Shown here: in pieces, positions 26,966 through 37,944 of the stretch
How the letters are laid out: each line of letters begins with the position of its first letter
Numbering within the stretch: position 1 is the first letter of the stretch
DNA from: Octopus vulgaris
Taxonomy: Eukaryota
Length of the DNA: 64,000 nt
Assembly (NCBI GenBank): GCA_951406725.2
Contig: OX597827.1
Coordinates: 77,748,001 to 77,812,000 of the forward strand
Direction: 5' to 3'
The notes under the pieces: model-generated
The model's database searches: none
What the model was told of the DNA's origin: nothing
The model's input: the letters and a program-made list of their open reading frames with translations, nothing else
Program-made: the position numbers and the translations under genes

Positions 26966-28039
26966 GAATGTGTGTATGTGCACTTATCATTATCATCAGC
27001 ATCATAATTTTAATGCACATGCGTGACATGGTGATCTCATATCAAGATAAACAGCACATGACCTTGCAGGTGGGGCCCGGTTAGAATTTTCTTCTTGTCG
27101 AGTAACCCATCCCACTCAAAAGGTCCCTGAATAAGGGTTGTTTAAGGATGTTAAATGAAACACCCATGTTTCCAGGGGTGAATTATCCAAACACCAAAGA
27201 ATCCCTCTCAACACATTGCTATGATGCTCCCCCACTACTTCTGCTCGTGATCAGAGATGCACATATCGTCAGCCACTAAGGGACATGCTCAACTGGTTAT
27301 GGTCAAACAACTGACAAGCAAATCTGTGGTATTGAGCAGAATATTTGCTGTAGCCCATCTTTTACACCAAAACAAAACATGTTCATGAAAACATGTTCAT
27401 GATAAATTTGGGAATACAGTTATGAATATTTCAATAATAGAATAGATAGATGGATGTTCTAAGGCACAAAGATTAAATCACGAGGAAAACAGTGAGAGGG
27501 AGACTGTGAAATGCTTTTGGCACCAACTTTCTGTTTGAAAATAACATAAATTGAAGCTTTACACCAGAATTTCCTGTTAATTTATGTTCCAGACACCAGC
27601 TTGACCGTTTAGCATTTAGACCAGCCATATCCAGTCCAAATGTTTTACCCGATTTTTTGCTGAAACTGACTGGATCTGGCCTCTCAGACCTATCCTACAA
27701 TGTCATTCGATAAGTAAACAATCACCTCGTCAAAATCTCAAAGCTACATGGTAATGCTTGATTAACAGAAAACAATTTGAATAAAGAAGCCAGACATTTG
27801 ACAGAATCATCTGAATGCTAATGGCTTAATTACGACAAAGTTATTTCACTGAATTCTTCGTTATTTTCAACGTTAATTGAAACAAAGAATATAATTTCTA
27901 TAGAAATTTGGTAGCAAAAGTGTTAATCTCTGGTTACGCTTTGGTTGGTTTGGGTTGAAGCAATTAACAAAATCATTAAATACCTACCATGTTGTTGTTG
28001 TCGTTGTTAAATTTTACAGTTTCTTTCTTGGTTCTGACA

Positions 28040-28063
28040 TATTTATTCTTTGCTTATTTTCAG
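28040..28063 (+). promoter_or_regulatory. Splice acceptor opening the coding exon of the + strand ZNF gene (5'UTR ~28064-28634)
   Basis: Pyrimidine tract ATTCTTTGCTTATTTTCAG|AT followed by repeat-free sequence up to the ATG. Confidence 0.6.
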
Positions 28064-28634
28064 ATATCTCGCTGTCCTCACCCACTTCATGGAAGATAAA
28101 GCATTTGGAATCCACAGTGGACCTGCCAGAAATTCTATCTTCAACTCTTCTTCATCCTCACCTCGTGATGACAACTTGAAGAAACACTAACCATCTCTTG
28201 CTTTTATCATCATCGTTGTTGGTGTTGTTATTCCTGTCATATCCTGTTGACAGTTCTTCGGTTTCCCTGTGCAACGATAGGCCCTGTTGCCATGAAGCAA
28301 AAATAGACAATCGAGAAAATAGCATCAAAAACAACACTTTGGTGCTGCTACCATTTGTATAACCATATTTACTGCAGGACTATCTTCCTACCTTTGTCGC
28401 TCTGTATGTAGGCATATGTTGAAGCAGATTTATTTTATACAAGCAGAGCAAATAAATTGCAGCGGCCTGGCCCTTAAATGAGTGCACAGAGAAGAAGGAA
28501 ATAAGAAAAGAACTCTAATTAAGACAACAACAACAACAACAATTATTACATATCAAATGCCAGACAACAATACGTCTACAACAATACCAGTCTTTAGTTA
28601 TATTTATATATATTTATGAGTAGTTTGATCTAAA

Positions 28635-30758
28635 ATGCCACACAATTCGGAAGAAGCAGTGATGTACACAGCACATCAGAATGGTCACCCTGAAGAGGAG
28701 GCACCAGTGCTATTACAGCCACCCAAGCAGATCATCGAGATGGGCGACAGCAGCGCCAACAAGAAGCCCTACCGATGCGAAGTGTGTCGCAAAGGTTTCA
28801 CATTGCGAGCGTACCTGACCCGGCACCAGCAGGCCCCCGAGGCCGAGAAGCACTTCTACTGCCAGGAGTGCGGCAAGGCGTTCGCACAGCGCGACAAGCT
28901 GAAGAACCACGAGCGTACGCACACCGGCGAGAGGCCGTACGGTTGTTCGTTCTGCGAGAAATCGTTCTCGCAGAGGGACCGTTTGAAGAATCACGAGAGG
29001 GTACACCACAACGACACCTTTGAGTCTGGCGAAGGGGAAGAAGACGACGACGATACTGACAAAAACTACAGGGTGGGTGGAAGTAACAGCAGTGGCAAAC
29101 GGCGCACCTCTCGCTCTCGTCGCTCTGCGTTTATGGTGCGAGAGAAACTGTATTTGTGTGGAGTTTGTCAGAAGACCTTTTCACGTAAGGATCATCTGAA
29201 TAAACACCAGCGGACCCATACAGGGGAGAGGCCCTTCCAGTGTGGCGTTTGTAGCAAAGCATTCTCCAGGAAGGACCACTTAAAGAAGCACCAGCGCACA
29301 CACAGCGGGGAGAAACCGTTTCAGTGCACAACGTGCTCAAAGGCGTACTCACGTAAGGACCATCTTACCAAGCACGAGCGCACTCACATTGCGGGTGCCC
29401 CAGCTGGGGCTGCCGTCGCGTGCGTGGGCGTGGCTGACAACAGCAGCTGTGGGGTTGATAACCACGGATGCAACACGGATAATCACAACTGCGGCACCGA
29501 TAACCACAGCTGCAATGCAGATAATCACGGCTGCAACGCCGAGAGCCATAACTGCAACAACAACAACAACAACAACGGTGCACCAAATGCCGGGTGCAAC
29601 CACCACAACCAAACCAAGCTGCCCCACCACCATCACCACCACCATCATCACCACCATCCCCACCTTCATCAGCACCCCCATCCACACCATCATCATCACC
29701 ACCACCACCATCCTCATCATCCGCACCCACATCCGCATCACCATCACCACCACCACCACCATGTCCGCAGAGACAGCAACCCGGAGTGTCTGCCCGAGGT
29801 GAAGGTTGAGTACAGCAGCCAGGGGGAGGAGGAGGAGTCGGCAGATGTGAAGATGTCCCCGGAGGAGCTGCAGCGCGTCGCCGGCGTAAAGATGCATGCT
29901 GGTGATGCACCGACGTCACCCTCGTCGACGTCGTCTTCATCGCAGTCTCCACACCGATCACGGGAACAACAGCAGCAGCAACAACAACAACAGCAGCAGC
30001 AGCAGCACAAGTTGTTGAAACAGGAGGAACAGCAGATGATGCAAGAGCAGCAGCAGCAACAGCATCAGCAGCACCATCAGCAACAACAGCAGCAACAGAT
30101 GATGCAACAGCAACACATGCTGCAGCAGCAGCAACATGAGCTGCAGCAAGACCAACAGCAGCAGCAGATTATGCACCCCCAGGACCAACAGCAACAAATT
30201 ATGCACGCACAAGAACAACAGCAACAGATTATGCATCCACAGGACCAGCAGCAGCAACAACAACAGCAGATGATGCACTCACAAGACCAGCAGCAACAGA
30301 TTATGCATCAAGAGCAACCGCAGCAGCAGCAGCAGCAGATGATGCAGCAACAGGAGCCACAGGCTTCGCCCATAATGTCGAGCTCACCGCTGCAGCAGCC
30401 GAGCCCACAGCAACACCACCACCATCACCATCAACAGCAGCAACAGCATCAGCAAGTGCCGCCAAATGTGCACCAGGTGATTTCCCAGCCAGTGGTGACT
30501 GCACTGAGGCAGCCCCTAATGGCACAAACGATCCCCTCAACATTTGTCAGCCCAGCTTCCATGCCGACGGATTACTCGCATCAAATGGTGCTGCAGCAGC
30601 CGACTGTGATGGCCAACGCCAACCACTTCACCTGGCCGGCTGGCTTTCAAATTGCAGGCTGGACCGCGGGTTGGGCCAACGCGCAGGGCTACGCAGTCGA
30701 CCAACCAAAGATGGAAACACAAGAAGCTACACACAACATACAATCCATGATGCAGTAA
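28635..30758 (+). CDS. C2H2 zinc-finger protein (707 aa; 5 intact + 1 degenerate finger, Cys/His heptad repeat, poly-His, poly-Gln); intronless ORF
   Basis: Long ATG-to-TAA ORF with CxxC-x12-HxxxH fingers and TGE(K/R)P linkers (28770-29006, 29151-29387); GC-rich coding composition against AT-rich flanks; AAAATG start context. Confidence 0.95.
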   Translation: MPHNSEEAVMYTAHQNGHPEEEAPVLLQPPKQIIEMGDSSANKKPYRCEVCRKGFTLRAYLTRHQQAPEAEKHFYCQECGKAFAQRDKLKNHERTHTGERPYGCSFCEKSFSQRDRLKNHERVHHNDTFESGEGEEDDDDTDKNYRVGGSNSSGKRRTSRSRRSAFMVREKLYLCGVCQKTFSRKDHLNKHQRTHTGERPFQCGVCSKAFSRKDHLKKHQRTHSGEKPFQCTTCSKAYSRKDHLTKHERTHIAGAPAGAAVACVGVADNSSCGVDNHGCNTDNHNCGTDNHSCNADNHGCNAESHNCNNNNNNNGAPNAGCNHHNQTKLPHHHHHHHHHHHPHLHQHPHPHHHHHHHHHPHHPHPHPHHHHHHHHHVRRDSNPECLPEVKVEYSSQGEEEESADVKMSPEELQRVAGVKMHAGDAPTSPSSTSSSSQSPHRSREQQQQQQQQQQQQQHKLLKQEEQQMMQEQQQQQHQQHHQQQQQQQMMQQQHMLQQQQHELQQDQQQQQIMHPQDQQQQIMHAQEQQQQIMHPQDQQQQQQQQMMHSQDQQQQIMHQEQPQQQQQQMMQQQEPQASPIMSSSPLQQPSPQQHHHHHHQQQQQHQQVPPNVHQVISQPVVTALRQPLMAQTIPSTFVSPASMPTDYSHQMVLQQPTVMANANHFTWPAGFQIAGWTAGWANAQGYAVDQPKMETQEATHNIQSMMQ

Positions 30759-33659
30759 GATGCATCGTTGTTACAACCTCTCTTACAGACTGCTGCAGTG
30801 CCCAATAGCCGCAGTGCACACAACATGCAACCCAAACCTGCACCTCTGTTAGTTGCATTCTGATGAAACCCCACACACTTTATACCGTTGCAGCAGTTGT
30901 CACATGGTGCAACGAACTGAACACTATGTTGCATACTGTTGCGATACACTGCACACCATATACTACATCCTAAACTGTGCTGCAGTAGTGACATAGTGCA
31001 ACATATCACACATGCTATACTGTTGCGGTGGCTAGCTGTGGGACACCACACTTACGAAACATTATATATGTACATATATATACTACCACAGTAGCTACAT
31101 CGTGAACTACTTGACAAGTGTACATTGGCAGAGTAGCAACACTACAACACATACTACTACAGCAACTACACTATACACCATAATGCTACAGTGGCCACGG
31201 TGTGCTACAGCGCACCACTACAGTAACCAACACTGCTACAATAACAACACACACTACTGCAGTAACCCATACTATAGCCCACACTCCCAGCCATAATCAC
31301 ACAACATTATGATGCACGCCACTACCAAAACCACAACACATGGCTACACTGACCACACCACACTCTACTGCTACGGTAATCCCTTGGTTCAAGAGAGAAA
31401 CTATTGTTGCAGCAAACAGTCCCGTACCGTACAGTACTACTATATTCTACAGACTGTACTCCACAACTCTACTATAACTTCACTCTACAGCACTACTACT
31501 TCTATACTGTACAGTACTATAACCCCTGTACCATACCGACTACTACTACTACTACTACACTAGTCTATTTACTCTACTGACTAATTTGAACTGATGTTTG
31601 TATCTCTGGCCACGCTGTGTGGATGACAATGTTTGTCCAGGGTTCTGAATGTCGACGTTAAAATCATTGAACAATTAAACATAGCAATTAATTTGTCATC
31701 TAATTAAAACGATGTGGATAAGCTGATTAACGACGTCCTCCCTTTCCCGGTCCCTATCTGATGTCTAATGAAAACCACAGTCAGGGAGAACTGACTCTGA
31801 ATGACTGGAGGGGAAAGAAGTCCCTGTCCTGCTAGACTTTACGCAAGATTCATGTGGCATGTCAACCCTTTTAAGGGTCCGACTACAGTGAAATGAGGGG
31901 AAATAAAAGCTTGGAATATCTAACGGGGACAGATGTTAGTCAGGGTCTTAGGGATTTGTGTGATGTGTTAACCCTTCTCAAGGACCAGTACACACTGATG
32001 ACCTGTTTCTTGGGATTCTCTGACCTTATAGTTTTAATCTGATCCTTGAAACTAACTTCTTGTAAGTCCCTTATAACTTCCTCTGGGTCTCCTATGTCTT
32101 GCTGAGGGTATGGATTAAGACCAGGGTAGATTTCCCTGTAAGCTGTGATTTCCTAACGATAATGATGTTTAATACCATTGTCTGCGTGTGACCCCTTCAA
32201 CTCGAGCAAACTTATGCCCATCAGTGACACTGAGTGATCATTTGACTTGCTGGAAACAGCAGTCAAATGTCATTCATGACACTCTTCTGTCTTTAAAAAG
32301 GAAAGGGACATGGGACGGTCATGGCCTCAATGAATAGTGTGGAACCATAACGGTTATTAGTTTTTACAGGCAATGAGCTTCCGTGTTGGTTCCATCTACC
32401 AAATTCCTCAAACATTAGATTGATTATAAGTCTACTGGACCATGGCTAACCTCGCATTAAACAACGACCCCTCAGGCATACAGTTGTCTTATTTCTCCAC
32501 CCTGTTCATGTTTTGCACCCTCACTGACTCCTTTTATTCGTGTCCAAATGTAAAAGTGAGGTGGCTAAGTGGTTAGGGTAATAAGTTGCCAATACAGGGA
32601 GGTATTGAGTTCAGTCTGTTGTATTTCTGGACAGAACACATTACCACAGTTTGTCTAGCTGTCAGGAGCTGAGGTAAAATAGATTAAATGCTTTGAGCAG
32701 AAACGCCACTGGGGAGATGAGAGATAAATCCCTTCCTGGATAAGACGCCAGCCTCTCACAGGTAATATTCCCAGGAGATCTGGTATTAATCTCCATTGCC
32801 TCTGTTATGTCTGGTAAGTGGCTAAATAAATATCAATCACCTCCTGAAAAGCAAGAGATAAACATTGACCCTTAATGAATATCAATCACCTTCCTCCTGA
32901 AAAGCAGGAGATAAACATTGACCCTTAATGACCCTTCAAGATTTGAGAATTATCTACATTTCCCATGTTGATGCTGGAATCTTTGTTGTTGCTATGGCTA
33001 CCTCAAAAGACAGAAATCCTGTTGTAAAATGGTTTCATTTTGTGTTGATTTGGGGTTTAAAACTTCTGGAGAGCACTTGGCCCTGAGGACAGTCTCCCTC
33101 AAGGAAAAATCTTCTTGAGAGCAAATTTCCATTCCATTCAGAATTGGGTTGCATGCTGGAAACACTTCTCCATTGCGAACGGAGGGTTCTTGGGACATCC
33201 GTCTATGTTGGGAGTCACTGCATCTGGGTTTAGTTGAAGATTTATATATTTAAAGGGGTCAATTAAAGCCACAAACAGTAAATAAGATTTGTGGGGACCT
33301 ACTGTACAGTGGTTGAGTGGATTAAACAAGGGCATCGTTCAGGAGGTTGTGCCCTTAAACAAGACACTCAACTCCAGTTGTACATTTCACCAAACAACAA
33401 TTTTACCTGGAGAAATTATCCAGTGATTAAACTAGAATCTTCTACAGTTTGTGCATGTGTGTGTAAAACATCTGCTAATCGTTAACTGGACCCTCATTAT
33501 GTATCGGCCCTTTAATTAATTGTGGATTGTGAAGGGGTTAAGTTTAATATCTCTGCTATTTAATCTTCTTTAAATCTCCCATTTTCTCATATATTCTGGC
33601 CCCTTCATCATCTGTTCAAATCCCTAAAGCTAGCATGCCTCTCCCAGTCTTCAGAGACC

Positions 33660-33693
33660 CTTTTTTTTTTTCTTAATTTCTTTTTCAACACAG
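33660..33693 (+). promoter_or_regulatory. Strong splice acceptor downstream of the + strand ZNF gene
   Basis: T11-CTTAATTTCTTTTTCAACACAG|ATATTT. Confidence 0.5.
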
Positions 33694-34043
33694 ATATTTT
33701 TCTTGAAACACTTTATTAATTATGTGTGTTAATTATTTCATTAGTACTCGTTATCACCACCACCGTCACCACCACCACATCACTGTCAGGACATTATTTC
33801 ACAAAAACAAGTCTCCAAAAGCGTGAAGTTGAGGCAGCCATCCCTTGCTTCTCTTCCCATCTCATTTTTAAAAGTAGGGTCCTGGTGGGCCCTTTATATT
33901 TTGTACAGAACATTTCCACGTCCCTCCACCCCACCCCAACGAAGTTCCCCCCTCAACCAAAACTTCTTTGCAGCTTAACTTTTTTAAATGAATCCAAGTC
34001 AGAGCTAAAAATGCAAACAGGCGTGTGTACGTTTGCCATCTGC

Positions 34044-34077
<34 letters not shown>

Positions 34078-34384
34078 GATAAGTGGTATACACAAAACTC
34101 TCTTCCTGTGAATCACTTTGTAACTTCTGACAATCTACATATATAAATGTATATGTGTGTGTGTATATATGTATGTATGTATATGTGTGTGTGTGTGTGT
34201 GTGTGTATATTATTTTGAGTGGTGTACAAATTTTGTGTATAAAGAAAAAGGAAGATGTCAGAATTTTGGATAATTATTTATTTGGTGCTTACATCTTATT
34301 TCAGATAATTATCGGGCAATTCTCCAAATAATAAATATTTATCCAAAATTCTGACTACCTCCTTTTTCTTTATATATGTGTGTG

Positions 34385-34418
<34 letters not shown>

Positions 34419-34427
34419 TACATACAT

Positions 34428-34982
34428 ATAATTGATATAGGATAAAATTTTTTTTGGGAAAAAAATTTTATCAATGGCCAGCATATCAAAAAAACCTTTA
34501 AAGGTAAAATTTATACATAATTTACAAGATAAGGGCAAAAGAAAAATTCTAATGCCAGATACGCCGAAACAAAAAATTGTCGATAACCATTAAATTTATG
34601 CGTCTCGAAACAAACCGATAGAAATCTCTAAAAAATTTGTTATTACTTTATTGGTCCAATTTTGGGGTTAATTCACAAGAAATTTTCCCCTCTTTAGCGG
34701 CAAATACGCGAGATATAAGTGAAATACTTATTCATACCCACGGAAGAAGCAAGCACCAAGTCCCGAGCAGACTTAAGTACCCCAAATATATCCAAAATAG
34801 AAAAATCTTTGGCGCACCTCGAGACACGTGTGACTCGAACTAGAATCTTTCACAGAGTGATAGAATCTGGAAGTTGAACACTAATCTATTTATAATTGAT
34901 ATAGGATAAAATGTTTTTCCCGAAATTTGTTTCGGCGAATCTGGCATTAGAATTTTTCTTTTGCCCTTATCTTGTAAATTAT
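34428..34982. repeat. Element with combined direct and inverted terminal repeats (Penelope-like architecture)
   Basis: 56-bp IR 34518-34573 / 34926-34982 (1 mismatch); direct repeat ATAATTGATATAGG at 34428 and 34892. Confidence 0.55.
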
Positions 34983-34999
34983 ATATATACATATATATA

Positions 35000-35098
<99 letters not shown>

Positions 35099-35359
35099 GT
35101 ATGTAGTCTGTGTGTTATATATGTGTATGTATAGGTTATTTTTTGTTTCTGCTATTGGTTTCAGTCATTGTACTGTGGCCAAGCTGGGGCACCATCTTGG
35201 AAGATTTTCACTCGATCGTATCATCCCCAGAACTCGTTTTATCAACCTCTATTTATCAGATTGATAAGATTTTACACTTTGCCGTAAAGGAACTCGACGC
35301 ACCAGTTTGCACTGGTGCACTCACACGCGTAATGTAATTATGTGTGAATGTATATATTC

Positions 35360-35582
35360 GTTTATTCATTTCAGTCATTAGACTGCAGCTGTTCTGGGGT
35401 TCTGCTTTGAACTTTTAATCGAAGGAATTGACTCCGGTACTTTTTATTTTTTAATCCTGGTACAATTCTATCAGTTGCTTTTGACGAAACGCTAAGTTAT
35501 GGGGACATAAACACATCAACACCAGCTCTCAAGCAGTGATGGGGTACAAACAGGACACAAAGACATCTGCACACATATATGC

Positions 35583-35617
<35 letters not shown>

Positions 35618-35765
35618 TATGAAAAGCTTCTATCAGTTTCTGTCTACCAAATCCACTCACAAGGCTTTGGTCGACCTAAGGTTATAGTAGAAAACAATTG
35701 TCCAAAGTGCCCTGGTGTGGGACTGAACCTGGAACCATTTGGTTTGGAAGGAAGCTTCCTACCAC
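35360..35765 (-). mobile_element. SINE family A, diverged
   Basis: Reverse-complement match. Confidence 0.75.
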
Positions 35766-35946
35766 TATATAATTATAGAGTGGGAGGCACATAGCTTTCA
35801 AAACCATACATCTTCCACACTGTAATTGTTTTAGCTTCAGCACAGATCAAATCACTTGCTGGGCATGTACATCTCTGAATATATATGAATATATATATAT
35901 ATATATATATATATCCAATAGAGTAATGAATGGAAAAGGTAAATAG

Positions 35947-36030
35947 AAACTACATATGTTTCAAAGTTAAACAATGTTTATTACATACCTCGTTACACAC
36001 ATAAAACCTGTTTAGCTAATCCTCAGGTCC
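35947..36030 (-). ncRNA. Type I hammerhead ribozyme-like motif, decayed
   Basis: GGAC-CUGAGGA-UU-AGCUAAACA...UGUUUAACU-UU-GAAA-CAUAUG-UA|GUUU. Confidence 0.55.
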
Positions 36031-36720
36031 AGTTACCTACAGGTATGCTAGGAGGCATACAATGGCTATGAAACTCTCTCTCTCTCTCTGACCTAGACCC
36101 ATTGAAAAGTTAACATCTTTCTCTTTTGGCTAATGGAGGTTTGTACTTCCTCATGGTAGCTATTCACAGCTTGTTGAACAGAATTAGCCTTTAGATAAGC
36201 TGTTTTGGGTTTGTGTTCAGGGCTGGACACAGTCCAGTTCTTGCAGTATTCGACCCAGTGTCATCACTGACTTTTCATTTAGCAGACCAGAATGGGAGTA
36301 TCACTAACCAGCTCTATCTCAAAACACTCTATCTATACATAGGATAATATAGGATGACAAGATGGTCACAGCCGGAAAGCCTTCAATCCTAGATTCACTA
36401 GGTTAAGGCAGACACTAAAGGCAAGCAAAAATACCTCCCTCCCTGTTCAACCAGCCAGTTGTCACTAATTATGCTAATCTGTAAATTTGAAGAACTGTCC
36501 CACCCCCTACGTGTCACACAATGACAAAGTTGACAGGTTTTCTTCTATTTATTTACTTGTTTTTCTTTTTTTTTACTTTTTGTTTTGTTGTTGTCTTTCT
36601 TTTCCCCGTCTGTCTGTGAGTCTGTGTCTTCGATTTAACTGTTGGCCACGAAGAAAAGATTTACAACAACAAAAACAGGAAGAACGAACAAACTTGAAAT
36701 GGTTTTTAAAACGTGAATGG

Positions 36721-36752
<32 letters not shown>

Positions 36753-37165
36753 GTGACGGTGATGACGAGTGATGATGACTAATGGTTGCGACAATAATCT
36801 GTACGATGATGATGGACAGTGCCTGTTTCTGTGTCTAACGAAGATGTGCCAAATGAACAATTAGAATTTGAAAGAAAAAAAAAAAATCTTTTTTTGTTAA
36901 TCCAAATGTTTGTCCCTCGACTAACCCCCCTCCCCCGCCCCCGCTTTCACCCCCACCCCCCACCCTCCAATCCCCTCCGACATCATCTTCCAAGTCGTTT
37001 CTACCAGTTTCATATCGCTTATTTACTTTTTTATTAGAAAAAGGGCAGCTTGGCTTGTCAGGACTTCTTACCTCCTCCTCCTCCTCCCCCACCCCACCCC
37101 CACTCCCTCTCCTCTATATAAATCTGAGCTACCGTGCCTGCCTATGTAACCTGTTATTATTATTA

Positions 37166-37209
<44 letters not shown>

Positions 37210-37279
37210 GACTTTAACTTTCATCTTTCTGCTACTCAGTTTTTTGCTTGTATAACATTCGTTCCATCGGCTTTGAACG

Positions 37280-37285
37280 AATAAA
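37280..37285 (+). terminator. Candidate polyadenylation signal
   Basis: AATAAA followed by a GT/T-rich tract, at the end of a unique 3'UTR-like block (36480-37300). Confidence 0.35.
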
Positions 37286-37432
37286 TTAATTCTACTCCAT
37301 GTGTTGACTTATTTTTAATTGTTTTTTTTTTCTCTTTTTGTATACCCAAATCTGTGTGTGTGTATATATGCACTGGCGGCATCCCCCCCCCTTGCCCCCC
37401 ATGCAGATGCAGTGAATGATTATAAAGTCAGT

Positions 37433-37671
37433 CAGTTAGTTAGTTAGTTAATTTTTGGCTCAAAAGCAAAAAGCAAGGCCATGTAGGGGGACATGGAATT
37501 AAGTACAGGGTGGTGTTCATGTAAAGAGTTCGGGCCACTTGAGGTCAAGGGAGACTTTGAACAGAGCGGTCGTCGGCATCTTCACCATCTCGTCTGGCAG
37601 CTTGTTCCACGGATCCGCAACCCGGACGGAGAAAGCTCCTCTCTACACAGGCCGCGCCTTCCCTTCCCCCC
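37433..37671 (-). mobile_element. CR1-clade LINE 3' end
   Basis: RGAFSVRVADPWNKLPDEMVKMPTTALFKVSLDLKW followed by a 3'UTR and (CTAA)n tail. Confidence 0.8.
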
Positions 37672-37711
37672 TGCAGATGCAGTGAATGATTATAAAGTCA
37701 GTGTTTATTAA

Positions 37712-37935
37712 CCCTTTAGCATTTAAACCGGCCCCCATATCCGGCCAAAAGTATTCTGCCCGTTTTATGTTCAAACTGGCCATATCTGGTCTCTCACACC
37801 AACCCTACAATGTCGTTTTAAAAATTAACAGCTACCTCATCAAAATCTCAAAGCTACAAGGTAATGCCTGATTAGTTCAAAACAATTTGGATAAAAAAGG
37901 ATTAATTTTGGCAGAATAATGTGAACACTAAAGAG
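37712..37935. mobile_element. piggyBac-type MITE (P2); other copies at ~25950-26148, 27601-27829 (nested in a P1 relic) and 57868-58030
   Basis: TTAA-CCCTTTAGCATT ... CACTAAAGAG-TTAA, with a shared internal sequence. Confidence 0.72.
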
Positions 37936-37944
37936 TTAAACTAC

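Noticed and set aside
28713-31051. Overlapping antisense and alternative-frame ORFs in the + strand ZNF gene (poly-C, poly-L, poly-V)
   Set aside because: Shadows of the CAG/CAC repeats and GC-rich codons of the real CDS
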